This document shows, piece by piece, positions 26,960-34,912 of a stretch of DNA of 63,144 bases. Every line of letters starts with the position of its first letter. Position 1 is the stretch's first letter. Position numbers and translations under genes: made by a program. The notes under the pieces were generated by a model. The model saw only the letters and a list, made by a program, of their open reading frames with translations. It was not told the DNA's origin and ran no database searches. This stretch comes from Thermoplasmata archaeon (lineage in GTDB: Archaea; Thermoplasmatota; E2; DHVEG-1), in NCBI GenBank assembly GCA_003942085.1, contig DQIQ01000004.1:1-63144 (forward strand), read 5' to 3'.

Positions 26960-27901
26960 TTAAATGTAATGTTCCTTTTCAAGCCATTGTCGTACCCGCT
27001 TCATCCCCTCTTCATAAGCAACCGCGGGCTTATAATTTAAAAGGGTTTTTGCTTTTTTTAATGATACTGAGTTTTGATTGGTAAATATCTCAACGGCAAC
27101 GGGTGTTACCCATGGTTCGATTTTAATGAGAGTATACCCTGCCATCATGAGTTTTCCTACCACTAATGCGGTTCGTTTTGACATGTGCTTCTTAATCGGT
27201 GGTTTTCCCGCCATTTTTGCCAGAGCGTTTAGATAATCACCCCACGTAGTCGCATTATCCCCATCAGTGATATCAATACTCTCACCGATCACACCAGGTT
27301 CTCGTAAAGCGACAAGTAAGGCATCAAGGAGATTGTCAATATACGTATGCAGAAAGATGCCGGTTCCTTTGTCGATGAGTGCAATTCGGTTTTTTTGAAT
27401 AGCTAAAAGAGGCCGCAGCACCCAGGTTTTTGCACCAGGTCCATAGACGTTTCCAGGACGAATGATGACAACAGGGAAGTGATCATGGGTATATTTCTCT
27501 ATAAGGATATGTTCTGCTGCCGCCTTTGTTTTATGGTAGTACCCTCTGCTTTTTCCGGTTTCATATCTGATGTGTGAGAGATAGATGAACTTCTTTATCA
27601 AGGATGCTTCACTAGCGGCAATAAGGTTTTTTGTTCCCTCGATGTTTATTTGATCGAAAATGTGCCTTGGTCCGTAGTCTTTCACCAGTGCGGCACAGTG
27701 AAACACGACATCGACCTGATCCATCGAGGATTTAAGAAATGCAGAATCAGTGATATCGCCGGAAAGGTATTCCACTTGTTTATGAAAAAATGTCGGTTGA
27801 GTATGATGGATAATGCCGCGAACAAAATGACCCTCAGATACAAGTCGTTGTACTAACGAACTTCCGATGAACCCTGCTGCTCCGGTGATGAGACATCTCA
27901 T
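26960..27901 (-). CDS. NAD(P)-dependent epimerase/dehydratase family SDR
   Basis: ITGAAGFIGSSL Rossmann motif and YHKTK (YxxxK) catalytic motif. ATGA overlap with the upstream UbiA gene. Confidence 0.8.
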   Translation of the reverse strand: MRCLITGAAGFIGSSLVQRLVSEGHFVRGIIHHTQPTFFHKQVEYLSGDITDSAFLKSSMDQVDVVFHCAALVKDYGPRHIFDQINIEGTKNLIAASEASLIKKFIYLSHIRYETGKSRGYYHKTKAAAEHILIEKYTHDHFPVVIIRPGNVYGPGAKTWVLRPLLAIQKNRIALIDKGTGIFLHTYIDNLLDALLVALREPGVIGESIDITDGDNATTWGDYLNALAKMAGKPPIKKHMSKRTALVVGKLMMAGYTLIKIEPWVTPVAVEIFTNQNSVSLKKAKTLLNYKPAVAYEEGMKRVRQWLEKEHYI

Positions 27902-28884
27902 GCGCCCTTCACCTGAAACTCATAGCGTTTCCTGAGAAGATACTGAGAACCGCTGGTGATGACGAGGGCAACGAGGTAGACCAGGATTGCTATAGGGATA
28001 CTCGCTATTCCAAATATGAATGCGGAGGCAAGAGTGATCCGTTCGATGACAAAAAATTCATGGAACCGTAATCCTTTCTCCCGTGAATAAGACGACAGGG
28101 ATCGAAATAAATAGAGGTACATCACCAGGAGAATGGCTGCATCGATGATGATGATCAGATAAAATTGAATAGCCAGAAAATGATAGTACAAGGGGAGGAT
28201 CAACGACAGAGGAAGCCATATAGCAGTCAGGAGTAAAGAAAAATAAATGGAGATTTTTACTCCATATTTTACGGGGATGGTCTGGTAGCCGCCTTTTTTA
28301 TCTCCTTCGATGTCTCGAATCGCACCCACAAGATTGCTGTTCGTATCATGCAGGAGGAAAACGACGGAGAGCAACCATACATACGGGGGAAGTGAGGAAA
28401 GGGAAGCACCGGTAGCAAATATCCCAAAAAAATAAGCAGCCATGGTAACCAACCCTCTATTGACATTACCACTGAGACCATGTGATTTTGAAACGTTCGT
28501 ATACAGAAACACCAGGAGAGCGACCACAAAAACAAGCACGACATTATAGAAACTTAACAGAAAAGTCAGAAAAAAACCTGCGAACGCAAAGCAGGCACCG
28601 ACGATGATTGCTTCCTTTGGTTTGATTCTGCCTGAAGGAATGGGGCGATGAGGTTTCTGGATTGAATCCAGTTTTCTATCGAGATAATCTGAGAGGTACA
28701 ATCCTGCGATCCAGCCCATGATCGGGATGAACAGTACCAACAGTGCTATTGATATCGATGGAAAATTCCCCAGGGCAACGCATGTGCCGACGAGGCTGAC
28801 CAACCCGCACCATATCACCGTATATAGCCGCATGGTCTCAAGATGCGCGAAGAGTTTTGTTTTCAACAAGGACGAGGACGTCAC
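27898..28884 (-). CDS. UbiA-family polyprenyltransferase (paralog 1)
   Basis: 328 aa, polytopic. First Asp-rich motif LSDYLDRKLDSIQKPHRPIPSG and second motif RDIEGDKKGGYQTIPV. GTG start. Confidence 0.8.
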   Translation of the reverse strand: MTSSSLLKTKLFAHLETMRLYTVIWCGLVSLVGTCVALGNFPSISIALLVLFIPIMGWIAGLYLSDYLDRKLDSIQKPHRPIPSGRIKPKEAIIVGACFAFAGFFLTFLLSFYNVVLVFVVALLVFLYTNVSKSHGLSGNVNRGLVTMAAYFFGIFATGASLSSLPPYVWLLSVVFLLHDTNSNLVGAIRDIEGDKKGGYQTIPVKYGVKISIYFSLLLTAIWLPLSLILPLYYHFLAIQFYLIIIIDAAILLVMYLYLFRSLSSYSREKGLRFHEFFVIERITLASAFIFGIASIPIAILVYLVALVITSGSQYLLRKRYEFQVKGA

Positions 28885-29003
28885 CTAGACAGCTCCGCTA
28901 TATACAGGGAATGATAATCATTACATTTAAACCTTTAACATGAAGCAATCCCCATATCATTTATTTGATACAACGACACCTTGAAAAAAAAGGGTAACAA
29001 TGG

Positions 29004-29663
29004 ATGAAAACAGCGAAGAAATTAAAAAAAGTCTCAGCATTCCAAGCAGCAGGAGACAAAATGACTCGCACCTCGTTTGATAAAACAGCACTGTTATACA
29101 ATTTTATCGAAAAACGCATCTGGGATGACTATACAAGTGCGTGCAAAATCATTGAAGGGTATTTAACTCTTGAATCAGAAGAAAAAATAATAGACATTGG
29201 TGGAGGGACCGGATTAATTGCTAAGCTGCTTCGTAGCAAAAAACAGAACGACGACATCATGGTTTTTGATCTTTCTTGCAGTATGCTGCAAAAAGTGAAG
29301 GATCCATCATTGTCTTTAACCCAAGGGGACGCGACAGCCTTTCCCCTGAAAGATGAGACGTTTACCCTGGCGATTCTCATCAATACGCTACACCACATTC
29401 CTCAAACCAAACAACAGGTTGCATTGCAGGAGGTTTTTCGAATTTTAAAAAAACAAGGCAGAATATTCATAATCGAGTTATGGTATCCAAAATCGTTTCT
29501 AACAAATCTTTTTGTAAAAACCGAAAAAATAATGGTTGGAAAAACCCATCATCTCACTCCCGATAAAATGCACCTTTTGGTACAGGATGCAGGGTTCCAT
29601 GGAATAAAGGTTTTTTCCCCAAAGAACTATCACTATCGTTATGTCACCACCGCAGTAAAATAA
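29004..29663 (+). CDS. class I SAM-dependent methyltransferase (Methyltransf_11-like)
   Basis: IIDIGGGTGLIA motif I, VFDLS acidic loop, and GRIFIIE post-III motif. Confidence 0.75.
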   Translation: MKTAKKLKKVSAFQAAGDKMTRTSFDKTALLYNFIEKRIWDDYTSACKIIEGYLTLESEEKIIDIGGGTGLIAKLLRSKKQNDDIMVFDLSCSMLQKVKDPSLSLTQGDATAFPLKDETFTLAILINTLHHIPQTKQQVALQEVFRILKKQGRIFIIELWYPKSFLTNLFVKTEKIMVGKTHHLTPDKMHLLVQDAGFHGIKVFSPKNYHYRYVTTAVK

Positions 29664-29767
29664 CCAGTGATTATCGTTTTTGCTTTCATGGTATTACTCC
29701 AGATGGTCAGGGAAATCACGAGAAGACAATTTTAATAAACACCAGCTGGTTTCCTAGCGTCCATCAT

Positions 29768-30721
29768 ATGAAAAAGAATATTCTATCCATGCTTGACATT
29801 GCTGAGGAAATCGAAGAAATCATCGATCTTGGAATTAAAATGAAACATGAGGTGAAAGCAGGTAAACATTACGATGCTTTACAAGGAAAAACACTTGCCA
29901 TGATTTTTGATCGTCAATCAACAAGGACCCGGGTCTCTTTTGAGGTTGGTATGACGTTGCTAGGGGGACATGCGATCTTTCTTACCGGTGGTGAGATGGG
30001 GATAGGACAACGAGAATCCCCTGAGGATATCGCATACGTGTTATCCAGGTATGTCGATGCGATTGTGTACCGGCCAATCAACACATCCCATTTACAAGAA
30101 TTAGCTGCACATGCGACAGTACCGGTCATTAACGGACTTGACCGCGAGGAACACCCCTGCCAGATACTTGCTGACCTTATGACGATAAAAGAAAAAAAAG
30201 GTCGACTTGAAGGTCTTACCTTTACGTTTATTGGTGATGGAGACGATAATCTTGCACACTCTTACCTCTTAGGATGTACACTGACTGGAATGAATGTAAC
30301 GGTGGTCTCCCCGAAGAAATATTGGCCAAATGAGTATTATACCACACGATCAAAAGATATTGCTTGTAAGAAAAACCACACGGTGACCATTACTGAGGAT
30401 ATCAACACCATTGCACAAACCGATGTGATTGCAACCGACACTCATGTATCTTTTTGGTTCGACCATGAACGACAACAACGACGGATGGATCTCTCCAGCT
30501 ACATGGTCACATCAGAGATAATAAAGAAAGCAAAACCAGATGTGATCTTCATGCATTGTATGCCGATGTATTATGGAGAAGAAGTCGCCAAAGACGTTGC
30601 GCACGGGCAGAACTCCGTTGTTATTGACGAAGCGGAGAACCGATTATGGGTGCAAATAGCACTGCTAATCATGCTTCTACGGGAACACCCATCCGAAAAA
30701 ATGCAAGAGAAGAATCTGTAA
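29768..30721 (+). CDS. ornithine-carbamoyltransferase-family transcarbamylase with atypical second-substrate motifs
   Basis: STRTRVSFE and HPCQILAD carbamoyl-phosphate motifs are intact. The canonical DxxxSMG is replaced by DTHVSFW, and HCLPAxRGEE by HCMPMYYGEE. Confidence 0.7.
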   Translation: MKKNILSMLDIAEEIEEIIDLGIKMKHEVKAGKHYDALQGKTLAMIFDRQSTRTRVSFEVGMTLLGGHAIFLTGGEMGIGQRESPEDIAYVLSRYVDAIVYRPINTSHLQELAAHATVPVINGLDREEHPCQILADLMTIKEKKGRLEGLTFTFIGDGDDNLAHSYLLGCTLTGMNVTVVSPKKYWPNEYYTTRSKDIACKKNHTVTITEDINTIAQTDVIATDTHVSFWFDHERQQRRMDLSSYMVTSEIIKKAKPDVIFMHCMPMYYGEEVAKDVAHGQNSVVIDEAENRLWVQIALLIMLLREHPSEKMQEKNL

Positions 30722-31804
30722 TGTCACATCGATGAAAATCAATACGTAGGAGAATATCAAGAAGTTGAATCCTACTCTCCCGATCTTTTTACCCAGCTGT
30801 CTTTGTTGCTCCCCTTGTGAATGGACCAGCAGATAAAAACGAGAAATCGTGAATAACCACAGAAGGACGAAGGGGATGATGAACAGCATGGAAAGAATAG
30901 TTTGCGTATAGAGCAGGATCCCAAGAATTCCAGCGATGACGACCATGATGAACGCGACACGTGCAGTGATGCCCACCCCAAACGATGTTGCGTAGGTTCG
31001 TACCCCGAATCGTCGGTCACCTTCAGAATCGTGGATTCCTTCGACAAGATCGTGCGCGTCATCCGCAAAATAGGTAAAGGCTATGAGCAGGAGCAATGGG
31101 ATTACCTGGGAACGATGTATGGAAAGAATACCAAGGAGGGGAACCATAAAAGTCACATCTCCGTTCAGAGGGAGCGCAGACCAAAGCACAATTGCTCCAA
31201 TCAGGGGGACGACGAGCCATTGCATCGGAGTAAAAATTTCTGAATATGCAGGAAACTTGATTCGTTTCTTAAGATATCTGTTGTGGAACGCCACAAACAA
31301 CGCAGCCAAGCCAACGATGAAAAAGCACCAGGGACTGATGAGAAAAGCAAAGAGAAACGTGAGTGCCGAGAACAATAATGCGATCATGAAGAAGCGACCT
31401 GAGGTGATAGCACCTCGGGGGATAGGGCGGCTGGGGTGAACAATCCGATCGATATCGACATCGGTGATATCATTCCAGATGAGGGCGGCAAAAAAACCGC
31501 AATACTGTGTGGCGATTGCAAGGATGATTACTTTAATGATTTCCCAGGTATACAACTGAAAACCATAGAACAACAGAGGTACACAAGCAAACATCATGAA
31601 ATAACTGATGAGCTCATAAAATGGAAACGCACGCCAGTTAATAAGAAAATAAAATGGATGTTTAAACGGGGATTCTTTTGATGATTCGGTGTTTTGGGGC
31701 ATGGTCGCCACGATTTTCTTTGTAATGTAATTGAGTGAGACTAAAAAAAGTTTCTTCCTTCGCATCGGTACTATGCTGTTTTCTTCAGATAAAATGCATC
31801 CCAT
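30677..31804 (-). CDS. UbiA-family polyprenyltransferase (paralog 2)
   Basis: Polytopic. WNDITDVDIDRIVHPSRPIPRG and DDAHDLVEGIHDSEGDRRFG motifs. Start is uncertain (31804, 31765 or 31702). The 3' end overlaps the convergent gene by 45 nt. Confidence 0.75.
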   Translation of the reverse strand: MGCILSEENSIVPMRRKKLFLVSLNYITKKIVATMPQNTESSKESPFKHPFYFLINWRAFPFYELISYFMMFACVPLLFYGFQLYTWEIIKVIILAIATQYCGFFAALIWNDITDVDIDRIVHPSRPIPRGAITSGRFFMIALLFSALTFLFAFLISPWCFFIVGLAALFVAFHNRYLKKRIKFPAYSEIFTPMQWLVVPLIGAIVLWSALPLNGDVTFMVPLLGILSIHRSQVIPLLLLIAFTYFADDAHDLVEGIHDSEGDRRFGVRTYATSFGVGITARVAFIMVVIAGILGILLYTQTILSMLFIIPFVLLWLFTISRFYLLVHSQGEQQRQLGKKIGRVGFNFLIFSYVLIFIDVTLQILLLHFFGWVFP

Positions 31805-32403
31805 GCGATTGGTGCTATCAGGAGGAATGAATCATGGTGCATCTGTTTAAGGATGACGATGGAGGGGTATTTGTCGATGCACCGGCAGATGTCTTTGGAA
31901 GCGACGTGTAACTCGCGAACGATGATGATGGTATTCGGTTTTGCCGTCGTAAAGATATGCTCCAGGATACTAGCCTTGGGGTACGAACAGGTTGACACAA
32001 TGATGACATCGAAGGGTTTAACAGGATATGAGGATCCATCACCTTCGTAAATATTCACTTTTTTTTCCAATCCTTTTTTTTTCAGGACATCCCGTGCTTG
32101 CCGTACCGCATCCGGGTCCTTATCGATTCCCACGATCTTTACTTTTCCAAGAGAAGCAAGCTCAATCACCGTGAGAGGGTACGGCCCACAGCCGATGTGC
32201 AGAATTTTACTGTTTTCAGAAATGCCAACAGACTCATATTCAGATTTATATTCAGTTGCGATCGCTTTATTATAATGTTCTGCGATTCTTTGATTTTTAT
32301 AGGACCACACATCCATGATATGCCAAAAATAATTCGAAATGCCTTTAATAGGCCAGACGAAGAATCTTTCTATGATCGGTTGTTTTTCTCCCCGTTGTCG
32401 CAT
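31771..32403 (-). CDS. class I SAM-dependent enzyme, nicotianamine-synthase-like signature (second copy)
   Basis: 210 aa with ILHIGCGPYPLTVIELA then IVGIDKDPDA. Same GxGxxPxT variant as 26267-26926 and directly upstream of a UbiA gene. Confidence 0.4.
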   Translation of the reverse strand: MRQRGEKQPIIERFFVWPIKGISNYFWHIMDVWSYKNQRIAEHYNKAIATEYKSEYESVGISENSKILHIGCGPYPLTVIELASLGKVKIVGIDKDPDAVRQARDVLKKKGLEKKVNIYEGDGSSYPVKPFDVIIVSTCSYPKASILEHIFTTAKPNTIIIVRELHVASKDICRCIDKYPSIVILKQMHHDSFLLIAPIAWDAFYLKKTA

Positions 32404-32427
32404 ATGATGACAGGTCTTCCTTGAAAG

Positions 32428-32760
32428 TCAACTTTCTCTGGATATATCCCTGCTATTATTTGTATTTATACTTGAATCATGCTTGATGTTGAACCGTGTT
32501 GAAGCATATCTTTTTTTCATTGTTACCAAGATAACATTACAGCTGATGCCGACCGCGTTTGCGATTATTATTGCGATATCGATTCGAAGGGCCCCATAGA
32601 TCAACCAGAGGGACATCCCTAAAGCAAGAAGTAAAGGCATCCCGTAGGAGACATCGTCAAGTTTCTTGGTGCGATATCCCCGAACGATCTGAGGAAAAAA
32701 CCCTATTGAGGTGATTGCTCCTGCAGAAAAACCTATGACCGTAATCAAATCAATATTCAT
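32428..32760 (-). CDS. SemiSWEET / PQ-loop family transporter
   Basis: Three TM helices with FFPQIVRGYRTKKLDDVS (PQ motif). The ATG at 32760 is preferred over the TTG at 32781. Confidence 0.6.
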   Translation of the reverse strand: MNIDLITVIGFSAGAITSIGFFPQIVRGYRTKKLDDVSYGMPLLLALGMSLWLIYGALRIDIAIIIANAVGISCNVILVTMKKRYASTRFNIKHDSSINTNNSRDISRES

Positions 32761-32851
32761 GGACCGTAATTCATCCAACAAAGTATATTAAGTCTTCCTT
32801 ATATCCACGCATAAGTTTTTCAATGAATATCAGATGAAGAGAAATATCTCT

Positions 32852-32924
32852 GGGCCCGTGGGGTAGCTTGGTATCCTTCTAGCTTGGGGTGCTAGTGACT
32901 TGAGTTCAAATCTCAACGGGCCCA
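32852..32924 (+). tRNA. tRNA-Pro (anticodon GGG)
   Basis: Acceptor stem GGGCCCG/CGGGCCC. Anticodon stem CTAGC/GCTAG with loop TTGGGGT (GGG at 32886-32888). T arm TTGAG-TTCAAAT-CTCAA. No encoded CCA. Confidence 0.85.
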
Positions 32925-32954
32925 CTGAATCATCATTATCTTGTTGGAAAGATA

Positions 32955-33395
32955 TTACTTCATTACCCTTTTTTCATTTTTCACGATGTTAAGAACAATC
33001 TGGGTGTTTGTTTTTTCAACATTATCCATAGAAAGAACACCTTTGATAAACCCGTTTAAATCTTTTCTATCTTTAAAATGTGCAATGATCAATGAATCCC
33101 ATTCTCCAGTGATGTCATACACGCCACTCACATGTTTATCCTTTGATATTCTTTCTTGCACTTCGATCAGTTTTCCATGGGATATCTTAACATTTATTAT
33201 CGCGGTCAAATCGTATCCAATTTTTTCTTGGTTTATTAACGGAATATATCTTTCAATTACTTTTTCGTCCTCCATCCTTTTAATCCGATTGGATACCGTC
33301 GTCAATGATACGTTAAGTTCTCTTGCAATTTCTCTGTAGCTCTTCCGGGCATTCTCGTTTAATTTTCCCAGTATTTTATCATCTAATTCATCCAT
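32955..33395 (-). CDS. Lrp/AsnC family transcriptional regulator
   Basis: 146 aa with N-terminal HTH LDDKILGKLNENARKSYREIARELNVSLTTVSNRIKRM and a C-terminal RAM-like domain. Confidence 0.85.
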   Translation of the reverse strand: MDELDDKILGKLNENARKSYREIARELNVSLTTVSNRIKRMEDEKVIERYIPLINQEKIGYDLTAIINVKISHGKLIEVQERISKDKHVSGVYDITGEWDSLIIAHFKDRKDLNGFIKGVLSMDNVEKTNTQIVLNIVKNEKRVMK

Positions 33396-33737
33396 ACATA
33401 TGTAAATCTATTGTCAATTTAAATGTTTTTGCCCTCTTTTTTATTTAATTATTGAAATATGTAAATTATTTTCATGAAAAAAAGGTCAATTGACTTAATT
33501 TTTCGACAAAGAATATATTAATTATATTTACACCAGTATTATCTCATGACAGAAATCTGTTCAAGATGTCCAATCCCAAATCTGATGCATAGAAATTGCT
33601 GCGAATGTAATTTAATAAAAATACGATACTATGAAACTGATTAGGGCACGATGCAAACTATACAACTACATTTTCTTTTAATAAAAAATAGTACCATGAA
33701 CAATAAAGATCATAAAAAATAAAAAAAAAGAAGGATA

Positions 33738-33923
33738 TTACTTCTTTTTCAGATAGGGAAGGCCGGTTCGTTTGTTGACACCAACGGCATATCCCGGCGG
33801 TAATTCACAGGGTGTTCCACTTTTTGGTGATCGTTTACTAAAGAAATAAATCGTTTGCTTCCGTCCGCCTTTGAGCGTGACATCCCTCTTATATAACGTC
33901 CATCCTTCGTATATATATGGCAT
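33738..33923 (-). CDS. small basic hypothetical protein
   Basis: 61-aa ORF in the AT-rich islet with reasonable coding character. No family assigned. Confidence 0.4.
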   Translation of the reverse strand: MPYIYEGWTLYKRDVTLKGGRKQTIYFFSKRSPKSGTPCELPPGYAVGVNKRTGLPYLKKK

Positions 33924-34001
33924 AATTCGTTCCTCGGAACACGAATCATATAAGGACGATTTAAAGTTTCTCTACGCATCTCCAGAAAAAAACTAAGGGG
34001 T

Positions 34002-34403
34002 TTAGTGTTGTTGGATGGGTTGCAAAATGAGCTTGTTTTGATGTTTTTGAAAGATGATTTCATGATCCTCGAAAATCGGGTTTCTCCCGAGAAGAACAGG
34101 CAGGTCGTTACGATCGGACACATGGATTTCAAGGTTTTCGTAGGTGTACTTCCGGTCCTCATCATAGATAACCATGGTCAGGACTGATTTGAAAAGAGAT
34201 GTTTCCCCCGCCGCGGTATCGACACACCCTGCTTTTTCCAGCTTGAGTTTTAGATATTTGGCAATCGCATGAGGGATAACAATAAAATCTCCACCAGAAT
34301 CAAGCAGGGCATCAATCATGGGGGTCTCTCGTTCTTTAGAGAGAAACTTGATAGGAATTAACGGATAGTTCTTGTATTCGAAGACAAAGGGTGTTTCTTG
34401 CAT
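34002..34403 (-). CDS. retropepsin-like aspartic protease
   Basis: 133 aa with DALLDSGGDFIVIP (D-S/T-G active site) and LLGRNPIF flap-like motif. Confidence 0.6.
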   Translation of the reverse strand: MQETPFVFEYKNYPLIPIKFLSKERETPMIDALLDSGGDFIVIPHAIAKYLKLKLEKAGCVDTAAGETSLFKSVLTMVIYDEDRKYTYENLEIHVSDRNDLPVLLGRNPIFEDHEIIFQKHQNKLILQPIQQH

Positions 34404-34411
34404 GATTCTAT

Positions 34412-34603
34412 TTAATGTAAATGAATACTGCCAGATAATACTTTTGATATCTTGATGGTATCTTCAGGAAATTTCTGAGCAGGGTACTTCTCATCGGCAG
34501 CCCTTAGCACATCCTCAAGGTTCACGCTATGGTCAACGATTTGGTCGTTGAACAACAAAATCCATTCACCCGTGTATTTTTTAAGTATCTCTTCCTGGTC
34601 CAT
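34412..34603 (-). CDS. small DUF5678-like protein (partner of the retropepsin-like protease)
   Basis: 63 aa ending 8 nt upstream of the protease gene. The GEWILLFNDQIVDHS core resembles the small proteins that commonly precede such proteases. Confidence 0.4.
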   Translation of the reverse strand: MDQEEILKKYTGEWILLFNDQIVDHSVNLEDVLRAADEKYPAQKFPEDTIKISKVLSGSIHLH

Positions 34604-34661
34604 CAGCTATCACTTACCGTAATGCGGTATATAAACTTTCGCCATTTCTAGAGGAAAAAAC

Positions 34662-34874
34662 CTATTCTTTTTCCTCGTCGGTCTTCTCAAAAGAAAGGGA
34701 GAGAATCGCCCCAAGCAGACCACCGAGGACCAAAACAATGGTGATGGAATAGATGCCGATGTCCGCCCAGACACCATAGCGAAGGCCCCAAGTAATGTAG
34801 AGAATTAGTCCTGCGATAAGGACGATGAGAGCAACGATGGTATAGGCATTGATGTTTTTCATGCTTATTTTCAT
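34662..34874 (-). CDS. small two-TM membrane protein
   Basis: 70 aa with two hydrophobic helices and an acidic C-terminal tail. Confidence 0.45.
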   Translation of the reverse strand: MKISMKNINAYTIVALIVLIAGLILYITWGLRYGVWADIGIYSITIVLVLGGLLGAILSLSFEKTDEEKE

Positions 34875-34912
34875 TTTTTTATACCTCTTTTATCATTTTT
34901 TTTTAACTTGGA

